DNA from: Dehalococcoidia bacterium
GTDB lineage: Bacteria > Chloroflexota > Dehalococcoidia > Bin125
Reading direction: 5' to 3'
DNA length: 64,000 nt
Assembly: GCA_965247775.1 (NCBI GenBank)
Contig: OZ252031.1
Location: 148,294 to 212,293 of the forward strand
Below the pieces are notes generated by a model. The model was not told where the DNA came from. It made no database searches and was given only the letters and a program-made list of their open reading frames with translations. The position numbers and the translations under genes are program-made. This document shows positions 41,471-51,878 of the stretch, one piece after another. Position 1 is the first letter of the stretch. Each line of letters begins with the position of its first letter.

Positions 41471-42412
41471 ATGGTGGGGACCCCGTACGCGTTCTTCCGG
41501 GGCGAGTTGATGCCCCTGGCCGAGGCCAAGATCGGCCTGATGACGCATGCCTTCAACTACGGCACGGCCGTCTTTGAGGGGATCCGGGCGAACTGGAACG
41601 CGGAGCAGGAGACGTTGTATCTGTTCCGGACGCGGGAGCACTACGAGCGGCTGCGGCAGTCGGCGCACGTGCTGATGATGGAGCTGCTCTACAGCGACGA
41701 CGATCTGGTGCGGATCACGCAGGAGTTAGTCACGAAGAGCGGCTTCCGGGAGGATCTCTACATCCGGCCGATGGTCTACAAGGCGGAGGAGGTGCTGGGG
41801 GTGCGGCTGCACGATGTGGCGGACGACTTCCTGATGTACTGTGCGCCGTTCGGCGCCTACCTGGACCTGGACGCGGGGATTCGCTGCGGCACGTCGTCGT
41901 GGCGGCGAGCGGACGATACCTCGATCCCGGTGCGGGCGAAGGTGAGCGGGGTCTACATCAACTCGGCGCTGGCGAAGACGGAGGCGCACTACCACGGCTA
42001 TGACGAGGCGATCCTGCTCAACGCGGACGGGCACGTGTCGGAGGGGAGCGGGGAGAACATCTTCATGGTGCAGGACGGGGTGCTGTACACGCCGCCGAGC
42101 GCGGACAACATCCTGGTGGGGATCACCCGGGCGACGGTGATGGAACTGGCGCAGCAAGAGCTTGGGCTGGTGACGGTGGAGCGCAGCATCGACCGGAGCG
42201 AGTTGTACCTGGCGGACGAAGTGTTCATGACGGGGACGGCCGCGCACGTCACGCCGATCCTGGAGATCGACGATCGCGAGGTGGGTGGGGGCGACTTGGG
42301 GGAGATCTCGGGGCGGCTGCAGAAGCTGTTCTTCGATGCGATCCTGGGCCGTTTGCCGGCCTACGAGCGCTGGCTGACGGGGATTCCCGCCGCCGACCTC
42401 GTGGGCGCCTAG
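41471..42412 (+). CDS. ilvE: Branched-chain amino acid aminotransferase
   Basis: HAFNYGTAVFEG, AKVSGVY, EGSGENIF, GITR and TGTAA motifs. Confidence 0.95.
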   Translation: MVGTPYAFFRGELMPLAEAKIGLMTHAFNYGTAVFEGIRANWNAEQETLYLFRTREHYERLRQSAHVLMMELLYSDDDLVRITQELVTKSGFREDLYIRPMVYKAEEVLGVRLHDVADDFLMYCAPFGAYLDLDAGIRCGTSSWRRADDTSIPVRAKVSGVYINSALAKTEAHYHGYDEAILLNADGHVSEGSGENIFMVQDGVLYTPPSADNILVGITRATVMELAQQELGLVTVERSIDRSELYLADEVFMTGTAAHVTPILEIDDREVGGGDLGEISGRLQKLFFDAILGRLPAYERWLTGIPAADLVGA

Positions 42413-42436
42413 CCGGTCCGGCCGGCACGGGCCGCC

Positions 42437-43078
42437 ATGAGCGAGTTCATCGCGATCATCCTGGCGTACAGCATCGGCTCGGTGCCGATCAGCTGGCTGA
42501 TCTATCGCCTGCGGACGGGCGGGGATCTGCGTGACGTTGGTGACGGCAACGTGGGTTCGGGGAACGCGATCCGTGAGGGGGCGGGCTGGTTTTGGGGGCA
42601 CGTGGCCCTGCTGGGCGACGTTGGGAAGGGCCTGCTGGCGGTCTCGATCGCGCGGTGGCTGGAACTCCCAGTCGGCTGGTGGCTGGCGTCGGGCTACGTG
42701 GTGATCGCGGCGCACATGTTCCCGCTCTGGCTGGGGTTTCGCGGTGGCCGTGGCGCGGCGCCGGCGATGGGGGCGGTGGGCGCCTTCATTCCATGGCAGT
42801 TCGGCATCACCTTCGGGATCGGCACGGGGGTCTTCCTGCTGCTCCGGCTGGCGGCGCTGGGCATCGCTGTTGTGGTGGCGCCGCTCCCCTTTCTGGCGAT
42901 CGGTTTCGGTCAGCCCTGGGAGGTGATCGTCTTCGCGTTCACGGCGCCGCTCCTGCCAGGGGTCAAGGCGGTGCTCGATCGCTGGCTGCGCGCGCGCCGT
43001 TCCCTGGGCGGTGCGGACCGATCCGACTCCAGCTTGAGTGGCTCGGCGGGGCGCGCGATGGTGGGGCGCAGCGGGTGA
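42437..43078 (+). CDS. plsY: Glycerol-3-phosphate acyltransferase PlsY
   Basis: GDGNVG..N, D..KG and H.FP..L.FRGGRG motifs. Confidence 0.9.
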   Translation: MSEFIAIILAYSIGSVPISWLIYRLRTGGDLRDVGDGNVGSGNAIREGAGWFWGHVALLGDVGKGLLAVSIARWLELPVGWWLASGYVVIAAHMFPLWLGFRGGRGAAPAMGAVGAFIPWQFGITFGIGTGVFLLLRLAALGIAVVVAPLPFLAIGFGQPWEVIVFAFTAPLLPGVKAVLDRWLRARRSLGGADRSDSSLSGSAGRAMVGRSG

Positions 43079-44247
43079 GGGCGGAGGTCGATTGCGTGGT
43101 GGTGGGGGCGGGGCCGGGGGGATCGCTGGCCGCGCACGACGTGGCGCGAACGGGCGCGCGGACGCTGCTGGTCGATCGGGCGGGGTTTCCGCGCGACAAG
43201 CCGTGCGGCGGCGGGGTGCTGGTGGGGGCGACGGCGCAGCTGCCGTTCTCGCTGGACCCGGTGGCGGAGCGGGTGATCCGCCGCTTCCGGGTGCGGTATC
43301 GGCGTCGCTCGGTGTTTGCGCACACGTTTCGGCGTCCACTGGCGTACATGACGCAGCGCGCGCGGCTGGACGCCTATCTCGTGGAGCGGGCGGTGGAGGC
43401 GGGGGCGGTCTTCGAGGATGGGCGGCGGCTGGTGCGCTTGCGACCGTTGGCGGAGGGCGTGCGCCTCAGCTTCGATGATGGGGGGGAGCTGACGGCGTCG
43501 GCGGTGGTGGCGGCGGACGGCGCCAACGGGGTGTGCCGCCGGTCGCTGGGGCTGCCACGGCTGCGTCACGCGGTGGCGCTGGAGGCGAACAGCGCCGGCG
43601 TGCCGTCGCTCTGGGCGGACAGCGTGGGCCTGGAGCTGGGCAGCATGCCCGGCGGCTACGGCTGGATCTTTCCCAAGGGGGACCACTGCAACCTGGGCGT
43701 GGGGGGCTGGCCGGTGGCGGGGCCGGGGCTGCGGCGTGAACTGGCCGCGTACAGCAGGAGTGAGGGTTTCGCGCCTGCCCGGCTGGAGGCGCAGCGGGGA
43801 TATCAGTTGCCGCTGCGCGACCCGGGCAGCCCGGCCGTGCGGGGGCGGGTGGCGTTCGTGGGGGACGCGGCGGGGCTGGTCGATCCGCTGTCCGGGGAGG
43901 GGATCGGCAACGCCTTCCGCTCGGCGCGGCTGGCCGCGACGGAGGTCGATCGATTGCTCCGGGGTGCGGCGCCCGACCTGACGCACTACCAGCGGGCCGT
44001 GGAGGGCGCGATTGAGCCAGAGCTGGCGGTGGCGCGCCAGTTCCAAGCGCTTTTCCATCAGGCGCCGTGGCCGTATGTGCAGGCGCTGCGGCGTTCGGAG
44101 TACCTCTGGCGCGCCTTCTGCCGCATCCTGCGGGGGGAGGTGAGCTACGTGGGCTTCAAGCAGCGGCTGGGACCGCTGCGCCCGCTCTTTGACCTGGCGG
44201 CGTGGCAGGCGCAGCGATCGCTTCAGGCGCGCAGCGGCTGGGGCTGA
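43075..44247 (+). CDS. Geranylgeranyl reductase family FAD oxidoreductase
   Basis: GAGPGG, FPRDKPCGG, GYGWIFP and GDAAG..DPLSGEGI motifs. Confidence 0.9.
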   Translation: MRAEVDCVVVGAGPGGSLAAHDVARTGARTLLVDRAGFPRDKPCGGGVLVGATAQLPFSLDPVAERVIRRFRVRYRRRSVFAHTFRRPLAYMTQRARLDAYLVERAVEAGAVFEDGRRLVRLRPLAEGVRLSFDDGGELTASAVVAADGANGVCRRSLGLPRLRHAVALEANSAGVPSLWADSVGLELGSMPGGYGWIFPKGDHCNLGVGGWPVAGPGLRRELAAYSRSEGFAPARLEAQRGYQLPLRDPGSPAVRGRVAFVGDAAGLVDPLSGEGIGNAFRSARLAATEVDRLLRGAAPDLTHYQRAVEGAIEPELAVARQFQALFHQAPWPYVQALRRSEYLWRAFCRILRGEVSYVGFKQRLGPLRPLFDLAAWQAQRSLQARSGWG

Positions 44248-44318
44248 GGCGCGCGAGGCTCGCACTGGACAGGGCTTTGCGCTAGGGTGAAGCGTAGCGG
44301 AGAAGGCGGAGCCCGCCC

Positions 44319-44396
44319 ATGACCCGAGAGTGCCACAGTGCCAGGGGCCTCGTTGTCGGTGTAGGGGTGCGTTTCGCGCGAGGCCCCGTCCGCTAA
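44319..44396 (+). CDS. ilvB attenuator leader peptide (MTRECHSARGLVVGVGVRFARGPVR)
   Basis: 25-aa ORF with clustered Leu/Val codons directly upstream of a terminator and ilvB. Confidence 0.75.
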   Translation: MTRECHSARGLVVGVGVRFARGPVR

Positions 44397-44420
44397 TCGT
44401 ACGAGGCAGCCGCGGAACGT

Positions 44421-44447
44421 AACGCCGGTCCTGAGACCGGCGTTTTT
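44421..44447 (+). terminator. Intrinsic terminator of the ilvB attenuator
   Basis: AACGCCGGTC-CTGA-GACCGGCGTT followed by TTT. Confidence 0.85.
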
Positions 44448-44527
44448 GTCGTCCGCCACTGAATCGGATGCCGGCCGGGGCCGATGCGAGCCGCCCCGCG
44501 CGGGGCCCAAAGAGAGAGACGACGGCG

Positions 44528-46201
44528 ATGCAGCTCACCGGCGCGCAGATCCTGCTCGAATGCCTGAAGGCGGAAGGGGTGGAGATCATCTTCGGCTACC
44601 CCGGTGGGGTGGTGCTGCCGCTCTACGACACGTTCGTGCAGTACCCGGAGATCAAGCACGTCCTGGTGCGGCACGAGCAGACCGCGGCGCACGCCGCCGA
44701 CGCCTACGCGCGGGTGAGCGGGCGCACCGGGGTCTGCCTGGCGACGTCAGGGCCGGGCGCGACGAACCTGGTGACGGGCATCGCGACGGCGTATATGGAC
44801 TCGGTGCCGATGGTAGCGCTGACGGGGAATGTGGCGCGGGACCTGCTGGGCCGGGACGGGTTCCAGGAGGCGGACATCACGGGCATCACGCTACCGATCA
44901 CGAAGCACAACACACTCGTGATGCGGGCGAGCGAGGTGGCGCAGGCGATCAAGGAGGCCTTCCACATCGCTTCGACGGGGCGCAAGGGGCCGGTGCTGGT
45001 AGACATCCCGAAGGACGTCTTCATTGAGCAGGCGGAGTATGCGGGCTACCCGGAAGCCGTGCATCTGCGCGGCTACCCCCTGGTGGAGCGGCCACGGGCG
45101 CTGGAGGTGGAGCGGGCGGCGGAGCTGATCAACGGGGCCGAGCGGCCGGTGATCCTGGCCGGGCAGGGCGTGATCATGTCGGGCGCGAGCGAGGAGCTGG
45201 GGGCGATGGCGGAGCGGGCGGACATCCCCGTGATCACGACGCTGCTGGGCGTGGCCGGCTTCCCCGCGGATCACCCGCTGGCCTACGGTTTCCTGGGCAT
45301 GCACGGGCACTACTACTGCAACATGGCGGCGGACGAGGCGGACGTGGTGATCGGGATCGGGATGCGCTTCGACGACCGGGCGATGGGGCGGTTCAAGGAT
45401 TTCAATCCGACGGCGCAGATCGTGCACATCGACATCGATCCGGCCGAGATCGGGAAGAACTTTCACACGCACGCACCGGTGCAGGGGGACGTGCGGGAGA
45501 CGCTGCGCCTGCTCGACCCCATGCTGGCGGACGCGGATCACCCAGAGTGGCGGGCGTGGATCGAGAAGGTGAAGGCGGAGCACCCGACGGACTACTTCGG
45601 TGAGGAGACGGAGCTGACGGGGACCTGGCTGGTGAAGGCGCTGGCCGAGGAGACGCAGGGCGAGGCGACGATCGTGACGGGGGTGGGGCAGCACCAGATG
45701 TGGGCGGCGCAGTATTACCCGTTCAAGCGCCCCCGGCAGTGGGTGACGAGCGGGGGGCTGGGGACCATGGGCTACGAGGTACCGGGGGCGATCGGGGCGC
45801 AGTTCGCGCAGGACGCTCCGGTCTGGACGATCTGCGGGGACGGCGGCTTCCAGATGACGCTGCAGGAGCTGCAGACGGTGAAGGACCACAACCTGCCGAT
45901 TCGCTACGCGATCTTCAACAACGGTTTCCTGGGCATGGTGCGGCAGTGGCAGGAGCTGTTTTATGCCGACAATCAGCATTCTGTGGACCTGGGACAGCCG
46001 GACTTCGTGAAGCTGGCCGAGGCCTACGGGATCAAGGGGCTGCGGGCGAGGAACCGCCAGGAAGCGCTGCACGTGATCCGCGAGGCCGCTGCCCACGAGG
46101 GCCCGGTCCTGATGGACTTTCGCACAGCGGGCGTGGAGAACGTGTGGCCCATGGTGCCGGCGGGGGCGGCCTTGTCCGAGACGATCGAGGAGCCAGCCTG
46201 A
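44528..46201 (+). CDS. ilvB: Acetolactate synthase large subunit
   Basis: FGYPGG, RHEQ, TSGPGATN and GDGGFQM motifs. Confidence 0.97.
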   Translation: MQLTGAQILLECLKAEGVEIIFGYPGGVVLPLYDTFVQYPEIKHVLVRHEQTAAHAADAYARVSGRTGVCLATSGPGATNLVTGIATAYMDSVPMVALTGNVARDLLGRDGFQEADITGITLPITKHNTLVMRASEVAQAIKEAFHIASTGRKGPVLVDIPKDVFIEQAEYAGYPEAVHLRGYPLVERPRALEVERAAELINGAERPVILAGQGVIMSGASEELGAMAERADIPVITTLLGVAGFPADHPLAYGFLGMHGHYYCNMAADEADVVIGIGMRFDDRAMGRFKDFNPTAQIVHIDIDPAEIGKNFHTHAPVQGDVRETLRLLDPMLADADHPEWRAWIEKVKAEHPTDYFGEETELTGTWLVKALAEETQGEATIVTGVGQHQMWAAQYYPFKRPRQWVTSGGLGTMGYEVPGAIGAQFAQDAPVWTICGDGGFQMTLQELQTVKDHNLPIRYAIFNNGFLGMVRQWQELFYADNQHSVDLGQPDFVKLAEAYGIKGLRARNRQEALHVIREAAAHEGPVLMDFRTAGVENVWPMVPAGAALSETIEEPA

Positions 46202-46803
46202 TGCCCTACGAGTCGAATGATGCCCTGAGTGTGATCGTGGCACACGTGGAGGACCGGCCCGGCGTGCTGGCGCGGGTGGCGTCGCTGTTCCGGCGGCGGG
46301 GGTTCAACATTGAGAGTTTGACGGTGGGGCGGGCGGATGAGCCGGGGCTGAGCCGGATGACGATCGTGGTGGAGGGGGGGCAGGCGAACGTGCAGCAGGT
46401 GGAGCGGCAGCTGTTCAAGCTGATCGACGTGGTGTCGGTGGTGGACATCACGGGGCAGCCGATGGTGGACCGGGAGCTGGCGCTGATCAAGGTGGCCTGC
46501 GACGTGAGCCGGCGGCTGGAGGTGGGGGAGCTGGTGCGGGCGTTCCGGGCGGACGTGGTGGACGTGGGGGAGGAGTCGTTGATCGTGCAGGTGCTGGGGG
46601 ACGCGGGCAAGGTGGAGGCGCTGGCGGGCTTGCTGCGGCCGTATGGGGTGCTGGAGATGGTGCGCACGGGGCGGGTGGCGATGGTGCGGGGGGCGAGCAC
46701 GAGCAAGCCGGCGCCGATCAGCGAGTACGAGCACGAGGCGGAGGCGGCACGGGCGCAGCTGGGGCGTCGGCCGGAGGGGGCGCTGCCGTTTGCGAGCGAC
46801 TGA
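46201..46803 (+). CDS. ilvN: Acetolactate synthase small subunit
   Basis: PGVLARVASLFRRRGFNIESL (ACT domain) and RTG motifs. Confidence 0.96.
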   Translation: MPYESNDALSVIVAHVEDRPGVLARVASLFRRRGFNIESLTVGRADEPGLSRMTIVVEGGQANVQQVERQLFKLIDVVSVVDITGQPMVDRELALIKVACDVSRRLEVGELVRAFRADVVDVGEESLIVQVLGDAGKVEALAGLLRPYGVLEMVRTGRVAMVRGASTSKPAPISEYEHEAEAARAQLGRRPEGALPFASD

Positions 46804-46812
46804 GGGGATGCG

Positions 46813-46920
46813 CCCGTTCGTTTCCCCTTCGACGAGATCAGGACAGGCTTCGACAGGCCGCTCGACCCTTCGACTGCGCTCGGGACAGGCTTCGCTCGGG
46901 AGAACCGCAGGACGAACGGG
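46813..46920. repeat. REP-like palindromic element with internal CCCTTCGAC...(C)AGGACAGG units
   Basis: Terminal inverted repeat cccgttcgt...acgaacggg. Two cccttcgac-N-ggacaggcttcg units. Confidence 0.7.
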
Positions 46921-47055
46921 CTGGGGGGTAGGGGGGAGCGGGTCGGGCGCGACGAGGGGCGTGGCGTGCGGCTGGCCGGGAGGCCGACGCGCCGATAGCA
47001 TCCACCCTGCCGCTGCGTAACCGCCCGCTCGTGGGCGCGGAAGAGGAGCTGCCGC

Positions 47056-48060
47056 ATGGCCGCGAAGATGTACTACGACCAGGACGCCGACATGCAGTAC
47101 CTGGAGGGGAAGACGATCGGGGTGATCGGCTTCGGCAGCCAGGGGCACGCGCACGCGCTGAACTTGAAGGACAGCGGGCAGAAGGTGATCGTGGGGCTGT
47201 ACTCGGGGTCGAAGTCGTGGCAGAAAGCGGAGGACCTGGGGCTGCAGGTGGGAACGGTGGACGACGTGGCGGAGGCGGCGGACATCGTGATGGTGCTGAC
47301 GCCGGACCACATCCAGAAGGAGCTGTACGACAACCACATCGCGCACGGGATGCGCGAGGGCAAGACGCTGATGTTCGCGCACGGCTTCAACATCCACTAC
47401 GCGCAGATCACGGCGCCGGAGGAGGTGGACGTGTCGATGATCGCGCCGAAAGGGCCGGGGCATCTGGTGCGGCGGGTGTTCGAGGAGGGCGGGGGGGTGC
47501 CGGCGCTGCTGGCGATCCACCAGGACGCGTCGGAGACGGCGCGGCAGACAGCACTGGCCTACGCGCGGGGGATTGGGGGGACGAAGGGGGGCGTGCTGGA
47601 GACGACGTTCCTGGAGGAGACGGAGACGGACCTGTTCGGGGAGCAGACGGTGCTGTGCGGGGGGGTGTCGGCGCTGATGCAGGCGGCGTTCGAGACGCTG
47701 GTGGAGGCGGGGTACCAGCCGGAGTCGGCGTATTTCGAGACGGTGCACGAGCTGAAGCTCATCGTGGACCTGATCTACGAGGGCGGCTTCGGCAACATGC
47801 GCTACTCGGTGTCGGACACGGCGGAGTACGGGGACTACACGCGCGGGCCGCGGGTGCTGGGCCCGGAGGTGAAGGAGCGGATGCGGGCGATCCTGGACGA
47901 GATTCAGGGGGGCGAGTTCGCGCGGGAGTGGATCCTGGAGAACCGGGCGGGGCGGCCGGCGTTTTCGGTGATGCGGAAGCGGGCGCGGGAGCATCCGTCG
48001 GAGGTGGTGGGGGCGGAGCTGCGGGGGATGATGACGTGGCTGCGGGAGAAGGCGGACTGA
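47056..48060 (+). CDS. ilvC: Ketol-acid reductoisomerase
   Basis: [19 protein letters not shown] and ETDLFGEQ motifs. Confidence 0.98.
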   Translation: MAAKMYYDQDADMQYLEGKTIGVIGFGSQGHAHALNLKDSGQKVIVGLYSGSKSWQKAEDLGLQVGTVDDVAEAADIVMVLTPDHIQKELYDNHIAHGMREGKTLMFAHGFNIHYAQITAPEEVDVSMIAPKGPGHLVRRVFEEGGGVPALLAIHQDASETARQTALAYARGIGGTKGGVLETTFLEETETDLFGEQTVLCGGVSALMQAAFETLVEAGYQPESAYFETVHELKLIVDLIYEGGFGNMRYSVSDTAEYGDYTRGPRVLGPEVKERMRAILDEIQGGEFAREWILENRAGRPAFSVMRKRAREHPSEVVGAELRGMMTWLREKAD

Positions 48061-48264
48061 CCGAAGCGGAGATGCACGTCACCTAACCACTCCGAAGCGG
48101 CGCTATCTACGTGCGGCTGCGCACGGCAAGCCCACGGCGCGCGGGCTTGGGGCGCACAGCGTCATTCACTACCAGAGCGGCGCCGCCGTCATTGGTGTGG
48201 AGCTCCTGGTAGTCAGTGAGGGCATCGACTGGGTGGCGGTTTGCGCGCTCGGCGGCGAAGGCGT

Positions 48265-48504
48265 TCAGAAGCTCTCGTGCGCGTTGACGTCGGGGAGGAG
48301 GGGATCGGGCTCACGGAGCATCAACTCCAGGCGCTCGCGCAGGCCGAGGCGGTTGATGATGCGCAGGTGGGCGATGACGTCGCGGGCGCTCCAGCCCTCG
48401 GTGTCGGGGGTGGTCAGGGTGGCGTCGGGGAGCCCGATGAGCAGGGTTTCCAGGACGGCTGGGGTCCGGGCCAGGGTGTCGATGGTTCCCGGTGTGAGCG
48501 GCAT
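48265..48504 (-). pseudogene. Truncated DinB-family protein
   Basis: LARTP..L, WSARDVIAHL and P.LP motifs. Stops after about 80 aa; an out-of-frame AFAAER fragment follows. Confidence 0.65.
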
Positions 48505-48643
48505 GCGGCTGCCTCCCCCCCCTCGTGCGGCACCTGGCAGGGGCATCGTAGGGGAGGAAGGCGATCGGGGAATGCAACGCGGGGGAAAACTCCGGGTGAC
48601 CCGCTAGGCAAGGCGCTGCCGGGCCTGGCATACTGGGGGCGTT

Positions 48644-48782
48644 ATGCGTACACGATTCCTGGGAGGGACACCCCGGCGGGCTACTCAAGCCCGTCGCGTC
48701 CTCGGGCGGGGCCACTGAACTGTCGCCGCCGCCCGGCGGCGCGTGCCCTCCCGCACGAGCCGCACAATCCCAGGAGTTCCCC
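48644..48782 (+). promoter_or_regulatory. leuA 5' leader with alternative SD-sequestering structures and a short uORF
   Basis: ATTCCTGGGA (48655-64) pairs with TCCCAGGAGT (48768-77, the SD). Overlapping GGGAGGGACAC (48661-71) can instead pair with GTGCCCTCCC (48743-52). uORF at 48644-48718. Confidence 0.5.
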
Positions 48783-50336
48783 ATGGTTGACCGAGTCAAG
48801 ATCTTCGACACCACCCTGCGCGACGGTGAACAGGCCGCCGGCGTTTCCTTTTCGGCGGACGAAAAGCTCCAGATCGCGAGGCTGCTGGAGCGGATGCAGG
48901 TGGACTGCATTGAGGCGGGATTCGCGGCTGCCTCCCCGGCCGATTTCGACGCGGTGGCGCAGATCGCGAAGAAGGTGCGGGGGACGTCGATCGCGTCGCT
49001 CTGCCGCGCCGTGCCGAGCGACGTGGATCAGGGCTGGGCCGCCATTCAGGACGCGGAGGACCCGCGCCTGCACGTGTTCCTCTCGAGTTCGGACATCCAC
49101 ATCGCGCACCAGCTGCGTAAGGACCGCGAGCAGGTGCTGGAGCAGGCGCGGGAGATGGTGGCGCGGGCCAAGGGCTACGTGGAGAACGTGGAGTTCAGCC
49201 CCATGGACGCGACCCGCTCGGACCGGGACTTCTTGATCCGTATGCTGCGGGAGTGCGTGGAGGCGGGGGCGACGACGATCAACATCGCGGACACCGTGGG
49301 CTACGCGATCCCGGAGGAGTTCGAGGCCCTCATCCGCGAGATCCTGGAGAACGTGCCGGGTATGGACCACATCACGCTCTCGGTGCACTGCCACAACGAC
49401 CTAGGGCTGAGCAGCGCCAACAGCCTGGCGGCCGTGCAGGCCGGCGCGCGTCAGGTGGAGTGCACGATCAACGGCCTGGGCGAGCGGGCAGGCAACGCCT
49501 CCTTGGAGGAGGTGGTCATGGCGATGCGTACGCGCGAGGACTTCCTTGGCGCGGAGACGCAGGTGGACCCGCAGTACCTGGTGCCGGCTTCGCGGATGGT
49601 GCAGGACTTCGCCGGGATGCACGTGCAGCCGAACAAGGCGATCGTGGGGCTGAACGCCTTCCGGCACCAGTCCGGGATTCACCAGGACGGGGTGTCCAAG
49701 CTGCGGGAGACCTACGAGATCATGGACCCCAAGACTGTGGGTTGGAAAGCGGGCGGCCAGTTCGTGTTGAGCAAGCTGTCGGGGCGGGCGGGGCTGCGGT
49801 CGCGGCTGGACGACCTGGGTTACCAGCTGGAGGACGAGGAGTTCAGGAGCGTGTTCCAGCGTTTCCAGGAGCTGGCGGACCGCAAGAACACCGTGGACGA
49901 CCGCGACCTGGAGGCGATCGTTTCGGACAACATCGGGCAGGGCGAGGAGGCGTGGCACCTGGAGTCGATGGACGTGACGACGGGCACGGCGGCGACGCCG
50001 ACGGCGAGTATCACGCTGCGCGGTCCGGACGGGGAGTTCCACACAGCGGCCGAGACCGGCACGGGACCGGTGGACGCGGTGTACCGGACGATCCGGTCGA
50101 TCATCGGCACCGAGGACACGCTGACGGAGTACGCCGTGAGCGCGATCACGGAGGGCATCGACGCGCAAGGCGAGGTGACGATCCGGATCGAGGTGGACGG
50201 GATCACGCACACGGGGCGGGCAGCGGACCAGGACATCCTGGTCGCCAGCGCCCGGGCCTACGTCAACGCCGTCAACCGCTACCTGACGGGCAAGACGGGC
50301 GCCAAGGCGGCGAGCACGCAGCAGCGGACGCCGTAG
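48783..50336 (+). CDS. leuA: 2-isopropylmalate synthase
   Basis: [27 protein letters not shown] and the C-terminal regulatory domain. Confidence 0.96.
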   Translation: MVDRVKIFDTTLRDGEQAAGVSFSADEKLQIARLLERMQVDCIEAGFAAASPADFDAVAQIAKKVRGTSIASLCRAVPSDVDQGWAAIQDAEDPRLHVFLSSSDIHIAHQLRKDREQVLEQAREMVARAKGYVENVEFSPMDATRSDRDFLIRMLRECVEAGATTINIADTVGYAIPEEFEALIREILENVPGMDHITLSVHCHNDLGLSSANSLAAVQAGARQVECTINGLGERAGNASLEEVVMAMRTREDFLGAETQVDPQYLVPASRMVQDFAGMHVQPNKAIVGLNAFRHQSGIHQDGVSKLRETYEIMDPKTVGWKAGGQFVLSKLSGRAGLRSRLDDLGYQLEDEEFRSVFQRFQELADRKNTVDDRDLEAIVSDNIGQGEEAWHLESMDVTTGTAATPTASITLRGPDGEFHTAAETGTGPVDAVYRTIRSIIGTEDTLTEYAVSAITEGIDAQGEVTIRIEVDGITHTGRAADQDILVASARAYVNAVNRYLTGKTGAKAASTQQRTP

Positions 50337-50469
50337 GGGCGAACGCGCGACCTGGGTGGCTCATCCGGTCGCCCATCCGGGCCGGCTCAGGGCGAGCGGG
50401 ACGTACACGAGCGCACTGTGCCGGGTACACTGGCACCGCGTTGTCACGCTGCAACGAAAGGAGCGGGCG

Positions 50470-51876
50470 GTGGCCGAACCGCGCACGCTGGCCCAGAAGA
50501 TCTGGGATGCTCACCTGGTCCGTCGCGCCCAGGGCGAGCCAGACCTGCTCTACGTGGACCTGCACCTGGTGCATGAGGTGACATCGCCGCAGGCGTTCGA
50601 GGGTCTGCGCCTGAACGGCCGCAGCGTGCGGCGGCCGGATCTGACGCTGGCGGTGCCCGACCACAACGTGCCGACGGACAGCCGGGTGGAGCCGTACGCG
50701 GACCCGCTCTCGCAGCAGCAGGTGGAGTCATTGCGTGCGAACTGCCGGGAGTTCGGCGTGCCGCTGTACGACACGCTGGACCCGCGCCAGGGGATCGTGC
50801 ACATCATCGGACCGGAGCAGGGGGTGACGCAGCCGGGGATGACCATTGTCTGCGGCGACAGCCACACGTCGACACACGGGGCGTTCGGGGCGCTGGCGTT
50901 CGGCATCGGGACGTCCGAGGTGGAGCACGTGCTGGCGACGCAGGCGCTGCCGCAGCAGCCGCTGAAGCAGATGGCGGTGGAGGTGAGCGGCGGCTTGCCC
51001 GCGGGCTGCACGGCCAAGGATGTGATCCTGACGATCATCAACCGGATCGGTGTCGACGGTGGGGTGGGGCATGTGATCGAGTATCGCGGCGACGTGATCC
51101 GCAACCTCTCGATGGAGGGGCGGATGACGGTCTGCAACATGTCGATCGAAGGGGGCGCGCGGGCCGGCTTGGTGGCGCCGGACGAGACGACGTTCGCCTA
51201 CCTGCAGGGGCGGCCGCATGCGCCGCTGGGCGAATCCTGGGAGGTGGCACTGGAGGCCTGGCGGGCGCTGCCGAGCGACAAGGGGGCGGGCTTCGACCGC
51301 GAGGTGCTGATCGCGGGTGGGGAGATCGTGCCGCACGTGACCTGGGGGGTGACGCCGGCGCAGAGCGTGCCCGTGACCGAGGTGATCCCGGACCCGGAGG
51401 ATGCGGCCGACCGGGCAACGCGCGAAACGGCCGAGCGGGCGCTGCAATACATGGACCTGCGGCCGGCGACGCGGGTGGTGGACATCAACCTGGACCGGGT
51501 ATTCATTGGGTCGTGCACGAACGGGCGGATCGAGGACCTGCGGGCGGCGGCGGCGGTGGTGGAGGGGAAGCAGGTGGCCGCGACGGTGAGCGCGATGGTG
51601 GTCCCGGGGTCGGGGCTGGTGAAGGCCCAGGCGGAGGAGGAGGGGCTGGCGGACGTCTTCCGCGATGCCGGCTTCGAATGGCGGGAGGCGGGCTGTTCGA
51701 TGTGCCTGGGGATGAACCCGGACATCCTGGCCCCCGGAGAGCGCTGCGCGTCGACGAGCAACCGCAACTTTGAGGGGCGGCAGGGGCCGGGGGGGCGGAC
51801 GCACCTGGTGAGTCCGCCGATGGCGGCGGCGGCGGCGATCGCGGGGCACTTTGTGGATGTGCGGGAGTGGAGCTAG
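50470..51876 (+). CDS. leuC: 3-isopropylmalate dehydratase large subunit
   Basis: [25 protein letters not shown] and NRNFEGRQG motifs. Confidence 0.98.
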   Translation: MAEPRTLAQKIWDAHLVRRAQGEPDLLYVDLHLVHEVTSPQAFEGLRLNGRSVRRPDLTLAVPDHNVPTDSRVEPYADPLSQQQVESLRANCREFGVPLYDTLDPRQGIVHIIGPEQGVTQPGMTIVCGDSHTSTHGAFGALAFGIGTSEVEHVLATQALPQQPLKQMAVEVSGGLPAGCTAKDVILTIINRIGVDGGVGHVIEYRGDVIRNLSMEGRMTVCNMSIEGGARAGLVAPDETTFAYLQGRPHAPLGESWEVALEAWRALPSDKGAGFDREVLIAGGEIVPHVTWGVTPAQSVPVTEVIPDPEDAADRATRETAERALQYMDLRPATRVVDINLDRVFIGSCTNGRIEDLRAAAAVVEGKQVAATVSAMVVPGSGLVKAQAEEEGLADVFRDAGFEWREAGCSMCLGMNPDILAPGERCASTSNRNFEGRQGPGGRTHLVSPPMAAAAAIAGHFVDVREWS

Positions 51877-51878
51877 CG

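Noticed and set aside
39869-41668. 599-aa MFS-MBL fusion ORF
   Set aside because: Chance open frame running through an MFS remnant into the MBL hydrolase, which has its own start at 40783.
47185-47220. IlvC cofactor loop GLYSGSKS as an NADH-preferring variant
   Set aside because: No acidic residues at the phosphate-binding positions. Tyr here is a common variant.
48265-48267. TGA ending the DinB fragment as selenocysteine
   Set aside because: Not at a Cys-like position, and downstream similarity continues in a different frame, consistent with a deletion.
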